From: a virus
Taxonomy: Duplodnaviria; Caudoviricetes
DNA length: 63,214 nt
Reading direction: 5' to 3' (one strand)
IMG/VR virus record: IMGVR_UViG_3300009509_000021
Location: 1 to 63,214 of that record
Numbering within the stretch: the stretch's first letter is position 1; each line of letters opens with the position of its first letter. Of the stretch, positions 47,501-57,853 are shown in pieces. The notes beneath the pieces are model-generated. The model ran no database searches. It was not told where the DNA came from and saw only the letters and a list, made by a program, of their open reading frames with translations. A program made the position numbers and the translations under genes.

Positions 47501-50500
47501 GCACCTGTACCCACCCGTGGTAAGCAGGCTGGCAAGGTGGTCGAGGAGCTGGGCTTTGAAGCGGGCACTTCGCTGGCGGAAGCCTTAGAAGAATCAGGCA
47601 TTGACAAGAAATCTGCCGACCGTGTTCGTGGCCTCATTGCACAGGCTGATGAGGAAGGGCAGAAGAAAATCATTCAGGCCATCCGGAACTACAAGGGTGC
47701 TGATGACATGGTCAACTTCGTCGCTACTGTCAACGATGCACTGGGAGGGCAGGTTGATAACGTAGCGATGATGGATGTTCTCAAGTTCGTAGAGACAATG
47801 GCTGAACGTAAAGCCATGACTCTTGATGAGCAGAACAGAAGCGCCTCGCAGGAAGCCTTGGCTGAAGAAGCAGCGGCGCAAGGTATGTCTGTCGAGGACT
47901 ACAAGTTCATCTTGGAGGAGACTGGGCAGTACAACGAGGAGATGGAGCAGGCTGAGACTCCATGGAGCGATGAGTTCCATGATATGTCAGTCGATGAGTT
48001 TGAGAACTCGCAGTTCATGACCTCAGACAGTGTGCCTCAGGGTGCGCTGGATAGCATGAAAGACATCGTCCGCGCCATGATGAAGAAGGGTGGACTGATC
48101 GACTTCATGTACCGGTTCACCAAGCAGCGCGGTAAGCCGGACCCCGGTCCCATGACTGTCAATGGTCTGCTGGAAGCCATCATTACAGCATTGCCTGAAA
48201 ACAACAGGTATGTTCCGTTGGCTCGCAGGCTGCTACAGCTTGACCTCGATATCCCCGTATACCTGTACGATGATTCTCCGTCACTGTCTGATGGTCGCAA
48301 GGTCTTGGGATCATACTATCCGGGCAACGAGTTTGACCCATCGACTCGCCGGATCAGGCTGTACTGGGGTGAGGACACCGACAAGCGTCGGGTGATTGCC
48401 ACCGCCTTGCATGAGATTGTCCATGCCGCAACGCTGGCAGGCTACCACTCTGACCCGGTGTTCCGCTCAGAGATTGATGCCCTGTATGACCAAGCTGTTG
48501 AAGCAATGGATCAACAGGAACCGAACTGGCGTGACATGAATGTCCAGAAGACCGCGAAGTACTACGGTCTGACAGATCAGCTTGAATTCATTGCTGAAGC
48601 CTTGACTAACCCAGAGTTTCAACAGTGGCTGTCGCAGATACCAAGCGGCAAGGAACAAAGGCAGACTTCCGTTGCTGGCACGATGTCTGGACTTATGCGT
48701 TCATTCATCAACTCCATCAAGAAATACCTTGGGTACTCCATCCGTAATTCTGTGCTGGAAGATGTCCTGATTCTTGTTGATGCTAACCTGCAGACAGAAG
48801 AAGACGTTTTGATCTCGCAGCAGAAGCTGCAAGTCCAGCATCGCAGAGCAAAGGAAAGGCTGAAGGCAGAAGACACAGTAGTGTCTGAACGTAATGAAGT
48901 ACTTGATACCCAGAAGGAATTGGGTACAACTCTCCGTAGTAAGATCAAACAAATCTTGGGTATGACCAATGACTTGGCACAGAGGGGTAACCTTGGCCTG
49001 AGCAATCTTGATGTAATGGAGAGGGATTTCCGTGCCCTGTTCGATAAGGCAGCAGCGACAATCAAGAAAGCTAACCCGCTCACAGCGTACACCAAGGCGA
49101 AGAACTCGGCCTCAGCGCTGGCTCGCAAGTATGAGAAGCAGGCTTATCAACTCTTAAGAAAACTTCAGAAAGTCGATAACGCTGTGCGCTCAAAGATGGA
49201 AACCATCATGCGAGATGTCACGCTGTCGAACATTGACCCGACGCAGCCGCTGAATAGCGCAGCCAATGCTCACATCTGGACGAAGGGTGGCAAGAAAACA
49301 CCGCCTCGCATATCCAAGAAGTATGCTGACAAGGCACCAAAGGCACGGCAGAACTGGATCAATTTCCAGAAAGCTCATCCGGAAGAAGCAGCACTGCTTC
49401 AGGAGATGGCCGCACTTACTCGTAAGATTCATGATACGAAGGTGAGGTCAGCGCTGTTCGCACTTGGCGAGATGTTTGAACTACCAAGCTCGATGATCTC
49501 AGCGTTGCAAGCCGCCACTGAAGCAGCTGACATTGACAAGATTATCCATCCCGATGCTGTTGAAGTGCTTGAGAAGAAACTCGAAGGCGCAGATAAGAAG
49601 ACCAAGAAAGCTATTGAGAAACTCATAGCACAAGCAGAGGCTCATGCAGAAGTGGCTAAGAGCGCTAAGAAGATACTGCATGAGTCCTCAATCAAGGGAT
49701 GGTATTTCCCGCTGCGTCGTTACGGTGATTTCGTTGTCTCCACTGAGCCCGACGTAACGGGTTCTGACAGGTATGTCTCGTTCCATCAGACACAGGAAGA
49801 AGCCAACCGCATAGCCGCTGCTCTCAACGCCAAGTACCCGGATAACCCGGTTACTGTGTCGCTCAAGTTGCAGAAGGCGGCAAGCACAGCTGATGTCAAG
49901 TCAGTTGTCGGTGACCTGACACGCAGGTTCCGTGGCGAAGGTAACAAAGCTACTCGTGACAGGCTCCGTGCTGCCATGGCAGAAGTACTAGCAGCCAATG
50001 CTGCGTACCAGAGCCAACTCACTCGTCAGAATGTGGATGGTGTAGCTGCATCTGACATGGCCCGAGGGTTCGAGGAGTACGTACACGTATCCAAGTTCAC
50101 TATCGGTGACTTGCTGGTATCACACAGGATTGCTGATGCTATCAATGACCTGAATGATTTGCAGGCAAATGCGACTGGTGTCACTGATAACGAACGGATC
50201 CAGATCGGCCGTGTTGTTAACGAAATCAAGAAGCGTAATGTCAGTGATGCTAATGATCGTCAGATCAGTAAGTTCCAACGAGCTGTTGGTCTGATAGGCT
50301 TCTTTAACTACCTCGGTGCTCCCTCATACTGGGCGCTCAATGCTACCCAGACATACACTGTCACCGTGCCATACATCACGGCTAAGTTTGGTATCAAAGC
50401 ACCGGTTGTTCTTGCTAATGCTCAAGGTACAGTCTTGAAGGCTGTTGCTAAGGCACTCGCAAGTAACGACAAGTCATACGAAGGGTTCAAGGCACAACTC

Positions 50501-51823
50501 CCACCTGAAGCGCAGATGATTGTTGAGCAACTGGAAGCTGACAACATCATTCAGTCCACTATTGCTCACGAGTTTGGTGACATGCTCTCACCAAATGCAA
50601 TGAACAAGATGCGTAAGCACGCACTTGGGATGCCTGTTGCACGTACCGCAGAGCTCGCGGTGCAGGTAATGGAGAAGGTTCCGGAAGCAGTCGAACACTT
50701 TAACCGTATCAGTACTGCGCTGGCTATCTACAACCTGACAAAAGGCAACATGCAAGCAGTCACTGACGGCGTGCAGGCAACACAGTTCAATTACGATACG
50801 GGTAACCGGGCTCGTCTCCTCAAAGAGCTACCCGGAGGACATGGTGGTCGTCTTCTTATCACTCCGGTCATGATGTTCAAGACATACGGTATTGGTATTG
50901 CTCGACTGTTATACGGTGCAATGATTGATGTCGTACGCAAGGAAGGCGGGAGAGCTGAAGCGGCTAAGCTGGCGGCGGGGCTCATCACTTCGCATACCTT
51001 GTTCGGCGGTGTGGCTGGTGGCTTGATGATGGCACCGGTCATGGCGATTCAAGCAGCAGCCAACGCTGTGTTCAGTGAGGCTGGTGACGAGTGGGATTTG
51101 GAAGATGCTGTAGAGGAATGGGCACGAGAGATTAGTGGTGACACGTTCGCAACCATGGCTCGTCGTGGCATACCAGCTGCAGTACTTGGCACCGATATGA
51201 GTCGTTCAATCAATCTTGGCAACTTGTTGTGGATGAGTGATGACAGGTTGGACCCCACCAAATATGGCGAGCTTGAGCAGATGATCTTCAGGACAGTAGG
51301 TGGCCCCATTGCCAGCTACGGTGCCAATACGTGGCGTGAGGGGGCGAGGTTGATAGATGAAGGTGGTAGGAATTGGCCTGAGTTCTTGGAGGCAGCGATA
51401 CCACTGAAGGCTTATCGTGGTGTATCTCAGGCGGTGCGTTACAACACGCAGGGGATAGAGACTCGGGGTGAGCTTGAGTTCGTGAAGCCAGAGGAGTTCA
51501 AGCATATGTTCCAGACATTGCTTGGGTTCCAGTCGTCACAGAAGACAACGGTGCAGGATGAGTACTACTCTGAGCAAGCTCGTCAGATGAGAAGGTCTGA
51601 TCGCAGGGGTCAGTTAATGAACTGGGCCAACGAAGCAATACGCGATGGAGACTACGATGCTCTTGCCAAGGTCATGAATGACATTGAGAAGTTCAACGAG
51701 TCAATTGCCACACGCCCAGAGGATAGGCAGTACCGTGTTACGCCACGAGACTTGGCCATGCTCAGGTCACGCAGACGCACGGCTCAGCGAGAGTACGACA
51801 AGAAGTTCCGCTACTCTGACTGA
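44537..51823 (+). CDS. Giant internal virion / polyvalent protein
   Basis: 2428 aa; Gly/Ala hydrophobic N-region, PAKK-rich linker, SAP-like motif, LHEIVH zincin motif, YFPLRRYG (PLxRFG-like). Confidence 0.75.
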   Translation: MAWRELTQEDEVKQTPPESNQGFALPVPQDPEFTDLKKSLFEEVKAGIQGAEDPRFARLRFGPRDRQGGGGEGALPPEEPTQWRQLEDPPPAPKPKEEMGVWDRLVDWTSRSVIEQMAGGAREMGQRFAFESATETGKELQQVRDLEGQPEGQTGYFGPRSLGDMMRHPFKYMNPVDALAKMGLSATEEGRQVLEAKLLEEMQGKLDKAKKYAEGAEMRPFSKVTQQFLNPESENSAWEDFMADPVTIVAELGTRSLPNMAPGMALGVAGGTAAGLPGFSAGMGAGSARVEYAATIMDELQKQKIDVYNAEELMGVLGNSELMDEIHQKAVTRSKNIGGADAAAGALGGTVLVKKLGGPVITKLTEAIAQMGTQGTLGGLGEALAMEATGEADSLWEAAQTRDVLAEVAGEAVTAPIDVAAATISGVREQRAGKTVPIAETDIDPDTGKPVIRKEPEVEVTPDVQAETRAPAFETPEDGMSEAERAGIEAALDEQAQPEQSTLDLPPQEGQPAPPTPEPTQATPTPPAGETQTAPVEDQVITEEDLVNEPSLPDMNESTATPEDVAAITQREEDLAEPAPAPVEEAQPVESPMIDKKEVETGFRDLNKRTKKGMPGIRRAIRELGTAIQAVFPDAKLPSLKGTIGPKRIADFFATLDEQVVIDDVLPNLKEYLRAVLESPDAATAVQNFNSLKEYVQNSGVGVVSEGAKTPYLQQATKGITAYDTYEAERTSKKQKYKTVDKNKKSPTYGKVVERERLTGPKNRLANRAVAVDELATTVTSLTERATELGISVPAEVNETVRRARSYRESSQIAKPRTLKGGAGSTVTPQKFSAKNLNEVGGKLRAAAQTLVEQIAAAEAEAPKKPKVEAKVEAKKPVTEAPAKPKKAEAAKKTSKAKAEKKAAPEKPAAKKEQAPALKAYNELRQRAKELGVKSTGKKEELAARVAEAEQARGEVKVEKQVKVTKKGKPKKVETVKAAPDPEAVIEVAPVPTRGKQAGKVVEELGFEAGTSLAEALEESGIDKKSADRVRGLIAQADEEGQKKIIQAIRNYKGADDMVNFVATVNDALGGQVDNVAMMDVLKFVETMAERKAMTLDEQNRSASQEALAEEAAAQGMSVEDYKFILEETGQYNEEMEQAETPWSDEFHDMSVDEFENSQFMTSDSVPQGALDSMKDIVRAMMKKGGLIDFMYRFTKQRGKPDPGPMTVNGLLEAIITALPENNRYVPLARRLLQLDLDIPVYLYDDSPSLSDGRKVLGSYYPGNEFDPSTRRIRLYWGEDTDKRRVIATALHEIVHAATLAGYHSDPVFRSEIDALYDQAVEAMDQQEPNWRDMNVQKTAKYYGLTDQLEFIAEALTNPEFQQWLSQIPSGKEQRQTSVAGTMSGLMRSFINSIKKYLGYSIRNSVLEDVLILVDANLQTEEDVLISQQKLQVQHRRAKERLKAEDTVVSERNEVLDTQKELGTTLRSKIKQILGMTNDLAQRGNLGLSNLDVMERDFRALFDKAAATIKKANPLTAYTKAKNSASALARKYEKQAYQLLRKLQKVDNAVRSKMETIMRDVTLSNIDPTQPLNSAANAHIWTKGGKKTPPRISKKYADKAPKARQNWINFQKAHPEEAALLQEMAALTRKIHDTKVRSALFALGEMFELPSSMISALQAATEAADIDKIIHPDAVEVLEKKLEGADKKTKKAIEKLIAQAEAHAEVAKSAKKILHESSIKGWYFPLRRYGDFVVSTEPDVTGSDRYVSFHQTQEEANRIAAALNAKYPDNPVTVSLKLQKAASTADVKSVVGDLTRRFRGEGNKATRDRLRAAMAEVLAANAAYQSQLTRQNVDGVAASDMARGFEEYVHVSKFTIGDLLVSHRIADAINDLNDLQANATGVTDNERIQIGRVVNEIKKRNVSDANDRQISKFQRAVGLIGFFNYLGAPSYWALNATQTYTVTVPYITAKFGIKAPVVLANAQGTVLKAVAKALASNDKSYEGFKAQLPPEAQMIVEQLEADNIIQSTIAHEFGDMLSPNAMNKMRKHALGMPVARTAELAVQVMEKVPEAVEHFNRISTALAIYNLTKGNMQAVTDGVQATQFNYDTGNRARLLKELPGGHGGRLLITPVMMFKTYGIGIARLLYGAMIDVVRKEGGRAEAAKLAAGLITSHTLFGGVAGGLMMAPVMAIQAAANAVFSEAGDEWDLEDAVEEWAREISGDTFATMARRGIPAAVLGTDMSRSINLGNLLWMSDDRLDPTKYGELEQMIFRTVGGPIASYGANTWREGARLIDEGGRNWPEFLEAAIPLKAYRGVSQAVRYNTQGIETRGELEFVKPEEFKHMFQTLLGFQSSQKTTVQDEYYSEQARQMRRSDRRGQLMNWANEAIRDGDYDALAKVMNDIEKFNESIATRPEDRQYRVTPRDLAMLRSRRRTAQREYDKKFRYSD

Positions 51824-54564
51824 TCTTCAAGGAGTTCGATGAAGGCTACATCGTCCAGCGTGATGTCTATGCACGGCGCACGTGTTTGTACTGCGTTGTC
51901 AATACCAACGGTGACTGATGCCTTACGCTCGACGCATCCCTGAGCTCTCAGAGCCTCAACAAGTCGGGTGTGAGGTTCCTTATGGTGCTCGTACACCCAC
52001 TCGACAAACGGGGCACGCTTTATCCTCACCTTCTTGTCCTCTTTGGCGTAGACACCAAGAATCTCGCCCCGAGGTAGTGGTGAGCGCAGGCTGCCCACTG
52101 ATGCTACGCCCTTCCCTGATAGGTGGTCGAACACTACGATCTGATCTTTATGTATGTCCAAGAATTGGAACAGGTATTTCTTGGCCCGGATCTCGATAGG
52201 ATCAAAGTCCATTGTCTGCTCCGCACGGCTCCTGCGGAACTCCTTAACCAGCCAGCTCGTGAACTCATCAATGTTGATAGCAGTCCAGCCCTGCTTGTTG
52301 GTGATGATGGCGGCGGTGAGTAGCGTGCTGCAAGTAGCAACCCAGAAGCGTTCAGCTGAATCAGCATGAACTTTCTCTGAGAAAGACCGTTTAACTTTCT
52401 CCAACAAAGGGGGGAGCTTTTCTTGGTTACGTACCATCCACTCCGCGTACTCACCGCCAATGATTCCGAAGTTCGTATCAAGGGCAGCAGCCATAGCGTC
52501 GATGTCCTGACGCCGCTGCAAATAAGGAACCGTGACCTCGAACACACGCAACAGCCCTGCATCCGTCCCGTGTACCAGATGACGTACGTGATCTGTGATG
52601 GACTCATTCGAGGCCACGGTAATCAGTGTATTCCAAGTACCCACGTGCTGCGTGGTGATGTTTGAACGAAGGCGGGAACGCTCCTTGCCTTGGCTCACTT
52701 GGAACATAAGCAGGACGAATTTTTCGACCTGCTCTTTCATTCTTAGTTCGTCCCAAAACGCAGGTAAATTATTGAGCTTACCCATACGATTAGCGACAGA
52801 TAGGGGGGTATCATCAAGAGCATTAACACCACGACGAGGATCACCCCATACTGCCTGCGCAGTTCTAAGGGCAGTTGACTTACCCGTGCCACTTTTATCA
52901 GATACCAACGCCAGAACACAACCATTCACTCCTGTGAATGTGATGAGCGGGGCCGCGAACGCGGATAGTATTCCTGCCGTAACTGCATGGCGGTCTTCGC
53001 TTGTAAGGTAATGAGCAAGTCTGGTCCAAGCCTCTTTATCTCCCTGTGGTGTGAAGTCCTTGACAAATTCTCGATCAAGAAATGTAACTTCCTTATCACC
53101 CGAGCTCTTAGTAATTGTCCGGTCAATAATCGTAAATGCTGGTTCGTTATCAATTTTTGTCCACCCCAAAGCTAAGGTAGGTTGCCCCACTTGTTTAGCT
53201 TGCACCATCTTGTCGGCCCACGTTGTCATGAGCTTAACGAACTCCGGATATTCATGCGGTTGTAACGGTACATCAGCATTCGAGAGTTCGACAAGTAGCT
53301 TCCGCTTGTCAGCCAACGCAGAGGTCGTAAAGGTTGCCTGCTTTGCTCCGTACTTGTCCACGGTGAATCTAAATACCATTCCCTGACTTGGGTCCGGTGA
53401 GCTAAACAGTTGGAAGTCTTCAATAGCAAAAGACACAACCTTGACAGCTTTGCTTTCAACTTCACCGTTCTCATTCTCTTTGTTCTCTAATCTGTAGATT
53501 GCCTTGTCGTCTTGTTTGTACGGAAACGGTATTTCAGTACCATCAGTCTCGCGGCCAAGAACAATCGGACTCTTGATCCGTCCACTAAATCGACAAGTTT
53601 TGCACTTCTCGGGGAGATACATACCCAGAGTTTTACAAAGCGGTGGGCCAAATTTGCCCGACTCTTTGACACGAAGCCGCTGAGCGTACTTCTTCTCCGT
53701 ACGTTGGTAATCATATCCCGGGTGCTGATCCGAAAGAGAATGGATGTACTCGCTGCCATCAACCGCATATGCCATGAGTGATAGCTGAGCCATCCAGAGT
53801 GGTTCGACTTGTCCCGCCCCGCCAGTTTCGTAAGTGTGCTTAAGGACGTTGCAACGCTCGATGATTTTCCGTCCGAAGAAGGGAAGCCCATCGCTTGTAG
53901 CCGCGAAGTCAGTGTCCATCTCCTGCGCCATAGCGCCGAGTCTTTCGAGTGCCTGAGACTTCGTGGTAGCCAGCTTCTCGTTGAGTGTCGTCGGAGAATA
54001 TTCTTGGGTAGTGGCATGTATTACTTTGACTTCGCGTGGCGCGTCACCCTTTTGATTGTAGGTGCCGGGGACTCTGAGGATTCTGGCGGCGTCGGCTGTG
54101 ACGGTTGGGTCTGCTCCAAACTCATGGACTTCGCACAGTTCTTTAAGTGCTGTTGCCATCGGGATCCATGCTTCAACTGATACATCCTTGTTGAATGTCC
54201 AGTACGCATGGATGCCACCACCTGAATCTACCAGTATCGACGGTCGGACGAAGTGTTCGTCGCAGAAACTGTATAGTTCCTTGATAGCAGACTTCTTATC
54301 TGGATATAACTTTCCGAGTCCGCAGTCGATATCAAGATAGAGTGCTCGCTTGTATTCACAATCGTGTTGGGTACGCTGTTCAGCAAAGCTGCCAGTCGCA
54401 AAGTAAACGTCGCACTTTTTTCCCTGACATTTATTCGCAAAAGATACGAGTGCGTCGAGGTCTCGTAATTTGTGTTGAGAAAATCCTCTACGTGTAACGA
54501 GTGCTCCGTAGAGTGTGTGGCCTGAGCTTGGTAGGGTGCGTTGCAGGAATTCTTTGGCATCCAT
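51811..54564 (-). CDS. Primase-helicase fusion (AEP/RepB-like primase + DUF927-like helicase)
   Basis: YLDID, SGGGIHAYW, RILRVPGT, Cys cluster, SGTGKST Walker A, FWDE. Confidence 0.85.
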   Translation of the reverse strand: MDAKEFLQRTLPSSGHTLYGALVTRRGFSQHKLRDLDALVSFANKCQGKKCDVYFATGSFAEQRTQHDCEYKRALYLDIDCGLGKLYPDKKSAIKELYSFCDEHFVRPSILVDSGGGIHAYWTFNKDVSVEAWIPMATALKELCEVHEFGADPTVTADAARILRVPGTYNQKGDAPREVKVIHATTQEYSPTTLNEKLATTKSQALERLGAMAQEMDTDFAATSDGLPFFGRKIIERCNVLKHTYETGGAGQVEPLWMAQLSLMAYAVDGSEYIHSLSDQHPGYDYQRTEKKYAQRLRVKESGKFGPPLCKTLGMYLPEKCKTCRFSGRIKSPIVLGRETDGTEIPFPYKQDDKAIYRLENKENENGEVESKAVKVVSFAIEDFQLFSSPDPSQGMVFRFTVDKYGAKQATFTTSALADKRKLLVELSNADVPLQPHEYPEFVKLMTTWADKMVQAKQVGQPTLALGWTKIDNEPAFTIIDRTITKSSGDKEVTFLDREFVKDFTPQGDKEAWTRLAHYLTSEDRHAVTAGILSAFAAPLITFTGVNGCVLALVSDKSGTGKSTALRTAQAVWGDPRRGVNALDDTPLSVANRMGKLNNLPAFWDELRMKEQVEKFVLLMFQVSQGKERSRLRSNITTQHVGTWNTLITVASNESITDHVRHLVHGTDAGLLRVFEVTVPYLQRRQDIDAMAAALDTNFGIIGGEYAEWMVRNQEKLPPLLEKVKRSFSEKVHADSAERFWVATCSTLLTAAIITNKQGWTAINIDEFTSWLVKEFRRSRAEQTMDFDPIEIRAKKYLFQFLDIHKDQIVVFDHLSGKGVASVGSLRSPLPRGEILGVYAKEDKKVRIKRAPFVEWVYEHHKEPHTRLVEALRAQGCVERKASVTVGIDNAVQTRAPCIDITLDDVAFIELLEDQSE

Positions 54565-54581
54565 GTACCTTCATCTCCGAT

Positions 54582-54613
54582 AGGGCCGGAGCGTCCATCA
54601 CCACTCCGGCCCT
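54582..54613. other. GC-rich hairpin between SSB-like and primase genes
   Basis: AGGGCCGGAG-12nt-CTCCGGCCCT; no U-tract. Confidence 0.55.
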
Positions 54614-54627
54614 TCAGATTATTACAA

Positions 54628-55593
54628 TCAATCGAGGTTGTCGAGAGACCCGAGGATGTCCTCCAACTCTGAATCAAGAGCGTCGTCGGACTCGTCCGTA
54701 GCCTCTACTTTTTCTTCCGGTTTGGCTTCGGCTTTCGCTTCAGGCTTCGGATCAGCAGGGGCTTTGGCCGGTGCTTTGGCAGCAGTTTTTTGCTGTACCT
54801 TGGGGGGTTCTTCAAAGAGATTCTCCTCCGCATCGGTGTCGCTGTCAGCCACAGGAACTACCTCCAAGTCCTTGGCCAGCACAGCCTCGATCTTATCGGA
54901 GAATTCATGGTCGTTCAGCAGCTTGATAATGTCGTCAGCTTCCTCGTCAGTGAGAGGACGGACAGCATTGAACTCCAGCTTAGGGAAGCTGACCGTGTGG
55001 TCAAAACTTATCCGGGTAACGATGGTGTTGTAGGGGAAGCCCCTGTTCTTCATCTTCTTGCCGAACTGCGACAGATTGGACAGAGACGATGCCGGTATCC
55101 GGAGGAGCATTGGCCCTCCATACACTTCGTTCTTGAAGTCGCCTTCAGGTATAACCGCAATGCGCCGACTGTCACCGCAAGCCTTGACTTTCTTACCCGC
55201 GTCCGTGACCCGACTGCCAAAGACATTCTTCGGACAAGCTGCGCAACTCGGAGCCTGCTTATCTGCTGCTGGATCTGGGTGGATGCCGTCGATAGACCAG
55301 CACGTAGGTGCCTCGTTAGCACCTTCCTCGTAGCCGCCAGAGTAATAGTTCTTGCTGACATTGGGGCTGGCTTTAAGGAGGACCACACGGAGGGATCCAA
55401 CTGGATCACCACTCGTGGGGTCAGTGATCGTGGTTTCTTCATCACCCACCTTCACATGCCAACGTGAGCCACGGATTGATAGCACACTGTAACCACCACG
55501 GACGCCAGAGGAGAGGTCGTCGTTGTCTCCCTGAAATGCGTCCACCAATTTCTGAGGGACTTTACCCCCTGTGAATTGAGCAACTTCGCCCAT
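54628..55593 (-). CDS. Putative ssDNA-binding protein
   Basis: CWS.DG..P, CAACPKN.FGS, KAC...RRIA, LRIPASSL; acidic C-tail; in replication module. Confidence 0.6.
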   Translation of the reverse strand: MGEVAQFTGGKVPQKLVDAFQGDNDDLSSGVRGGYSVLSIRGSRWHVKVGDEETTITDPTSGDPVGSLRVVLLKASPNVSKNYYSGGYEEGANEAPTCWSIDGIHPDPAADKQAPSCAACPKNVFGSRVTDAGKKVKACGDSRRIAVIPEGDFKNEVYGGPMLLRIPASSLSNLSQFGKKMKNRGFPYNTIVTRISFDHTVSFPKLEFNAVRPLTDEEADDIIKLLNDHEFSDKIEAVLAKDLEVVPVADSDTDAEENLFEEPPKVQQKTAAKAPAKAPADPKPEAKAEAKPEEKVEATDESDDALDSELEDILGSLDNLD

Positions 55594-55595
55594 GT

Positions 55596-55994
55596 TTATC
55601 TCCTGATCCTGACCACTTTGGTCTCTTGATAGTTCACGCCCGGGACAACCTCTCCTGTTTCTTCGAGGTAATCCTTGACTACGGATTTCGAGACACGGTT
55701 CTCAAGTAAGTCCCACATCTCGTTCTTGATTATGAAATCGAACAGGGCATCCCTGTCCTTGACTGTCGCTGCCGCCACAGTTGACACGTATGCTGTGCCT
55801 TCCTTCGTCTTCTGGCTCTCCACTTTGCGTGTTTGGAGGTCACGAAGCAACCAGTTTTCCAGCAGGGTCATTTTCTCTGTGATCGGGCGCAACGCCTCGG
55901 CTTGCTCCCTTTTCATTTCGTTCTTACGGTCACGGAGTTTGATGTATCCGCGTACTACTTCATCAACGGTTGGTTGTCCCATATCCTGCTCCAT
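55596..55994 (-). CDS. Conserved phage replication-module protein
   Basis: YIKLRD, KT..GT, DLLENRV, VPGV. Confidence 0.6.
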   Translation of the reverse strand: MEQDMGQPTVDEVVRGYIKLRDRKNEMKREQAEALRPITEKMTLLENWLLRDLQTRKVESQKTKEGTAYVSTVAAATVKDRDALFDFIIKNEMWDLLENRVSKSVVKDYLEETGEVVPGVNYQETKVVRIRR

Positions 55995-56023
55995 GTGTTT
56001 TTTCGGATTTTAAGATGCGCCTA

Positions 56024-57574
56024 TTATACACCTAGTTTCTGATCTTTGAATAGGCTCAAAAGCACACCCATGATCTTCTCGTTCCTTGCCAGTTTCTTGA
56101 ATATCCTCCTTTCGATCGGTGTTCCGGTTAGGTGAATGATGTTCATGTGCTGTTTCTGCCCCGGACGAGTAATGCGAGCATTCGCCTGCATATACGTTTC
56201 AAGTGAGTGAGTCGGGGTGTACCAGATGATAGTAGACGCGCATTGGAGATTGATACCGTGGGCCATGCAGCCGGGATGAGCGACCAAAATTCGGTGGGAC
56301 TCAGAGCCTCTGAATAGTGCAATGGATTTATCACGCTCCCCTTTGGGGGTAGCTCCTGTAATGGCCAGCGGAGAGCCAACGTGATTGAGAACACGCTCAA
56401 GCATAGCCACAGCCCATTTGTAGCACGCAAAAACAATAACCTTTCCCTCGGCTTCGGATACGAGGTCAAGTGTCGTCTTGAGCCTGTTCCGGGCGTCCAG
56501 ATACTCACCCTTCCCATCCTTGGTGTATGCGAAACCGGCCCCGACTTGGATGAGCTTGTTGATTCTCGATGCTTCGTTGACAACGGTGATTACCCCCGCT
56601 TTTTTGCTCTCCATAGCATACTCATTCATTAGTTGCTTGTACGCCTTCTTTTGTCGTGGTGACAACGTGACATCACGGGAAGATACGGTAATAGGCGGTA
56701 GGTCGTGGCAATCCTCTAGGGAGAACCGCACAGAAGGCTGCATGGCCTCATGGACGATATCGTTAGCCTCCTCCCGAGGCACCCACTTGAACTGAGTGAT
56801 TTGTCGCATCGTCTGCTGTTGGAAAGCACGAAACGACATGCGCATACGCTCTGGTGTCAGGAGCTTCACCTGACCGTAGGCATCTGTTGGCCCGTTCGGT
56901 GTGGGTGCCCCGGTTAATCCCCATGCATATTTCGCGTTCTGCACGATGGGACGCAGGGCCTTCCAGCGATTTGTTCTTCGATTTCTGTAGACAGCCAGCT
57001 CATCAATAACGATGCAGTCAAACTTCTTAGCAAGAAGCTCCTTCTGTATAGTAGTAATCCCATCGTGATTGATAACATAGATGTGGTGGTCTTCCCCCAA
57101 GACGCTAAGCCTCTTTGCACGAGTTCCATGGAGCACTCCTACAGAGAGATGGTGGAAAGTCTCGAAAGTCTCGCCTTCCCATACTGGCGCAAGCGTACTC
57201 AGGGGAGCCACCACAAGACAGTTGCTCACAACTCCCTGTGATCTTAGGAAGTCGTAGCTGAATAAGGCGGCCCGGGTTTTTCCCACTCCCATACTAGACA
57301 ATACATACGCACGCTTGGAGGTCGTAAGTAGTGCGGCGGTTTCCCGCTGAGAGTCAAACGGGATCATCCCGGGCCAGTTGTACTTGTTGAGGATCGGGGC
57401 AGGGGTCTCTATCCCCATGTTGTTGAGGAGACGAACTTCGTCTACCCCGTAGGTAATCTTAAGGTATTCCTTACCGTTGTGGTCAAACGGTAAGGCGGTT
57501 GGCAGGATAGTGTGAACATCCTGTCTGTATGGAATCACTATCGCATCGTGCTTAGGCGAAATCAGTACAGCCAC
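56024..57574 (-). CDS. SNF2-like SF2 helicase
   Basis: MGVGKT, VIDELA, LTGAP, HGINLQ, QANARITRPGQ. Confidence 0.88.
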   Translation of the reverse strand: MAVLISPKHDAIVIPYRQDVHTILPTALPFDHNGKEYLKITYGVDEVRLLNNMGIETPAPILNKYNWPGMIPFDSQRETAALLTTSKRAYVLSSMGVGKTRAALFSYDFLRSQGVVSNCLVVAPLSTLAPVWEGETFETFHHLSVGVLHGTRAKRLSVLGEDHHIYVINHDGITTIQKELLAKKFDCIVIDELAVYRNRRTNRWKALRPIVQNAKYAWGLTGAPTPNGPTDAYGQVKLLTPERMRMSFRAFQQQTMRQITQFKWVPREEANDIVHEAMQPSVRFSLEDCHDLPPITVSSRDVTLSPRQKKAYKQLMNEYAMESKKAGVITVVNEASRINKLIQVGAGFAYTKDGKGEYLDARNRLKTTLDLVSEAEGKVIVFACYKWAVAMLERVLNHVGSPLAITGATPKGERDKSIALFRGSESHRILVAHPGCMAHGINLQCASTIIWYTPTHSLETYMQANARITRPGQKQHMNIIHLTGTPIERRIFKKLARNEKIMGVLLSLFKDQKLGV

Positions 57575-57852
57575 AGACGTAGCTCCTCGTACTGTATGGG
57601 ATCGCCAGCAATGACAAACACTTTCATTCCTGCTTTCTCCATTTCCCTGATGATAGCCAGTTGTCGTACTGTCGGATGCTTCCCCGGTGCTTTAGTCTCA
57701 ATAGCAAAAGCCCTACCCCGACTGCTGCCGAGATAATCAAGCGTGGGCGAACCATAGCCGGTTTGTACTGGCATGAAGTAATACACTTCCGGAGAGTGTT
57801 TAAGGATGAACGATACACGGCGCTTGACCTTACCTTCTGGGGTGTCTGCCAT
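57562..57852 (-). CDS. VRR-NUC domain nuclease
   Basis: TPEGKVK, LD, IETKAPG..PT.RQ. Confidence 0.8.
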   Translation of the reverse strand: MADTPEGKVKRRVSFILKHSPEVYYFMPVQTGYGSPTLDYLGSSRGRAFAIETKAPGKHPTVRQLAIIREMEKAGMKVFVIAGDPIQYEELRLWLY

Positions 57853-57853
57853 A

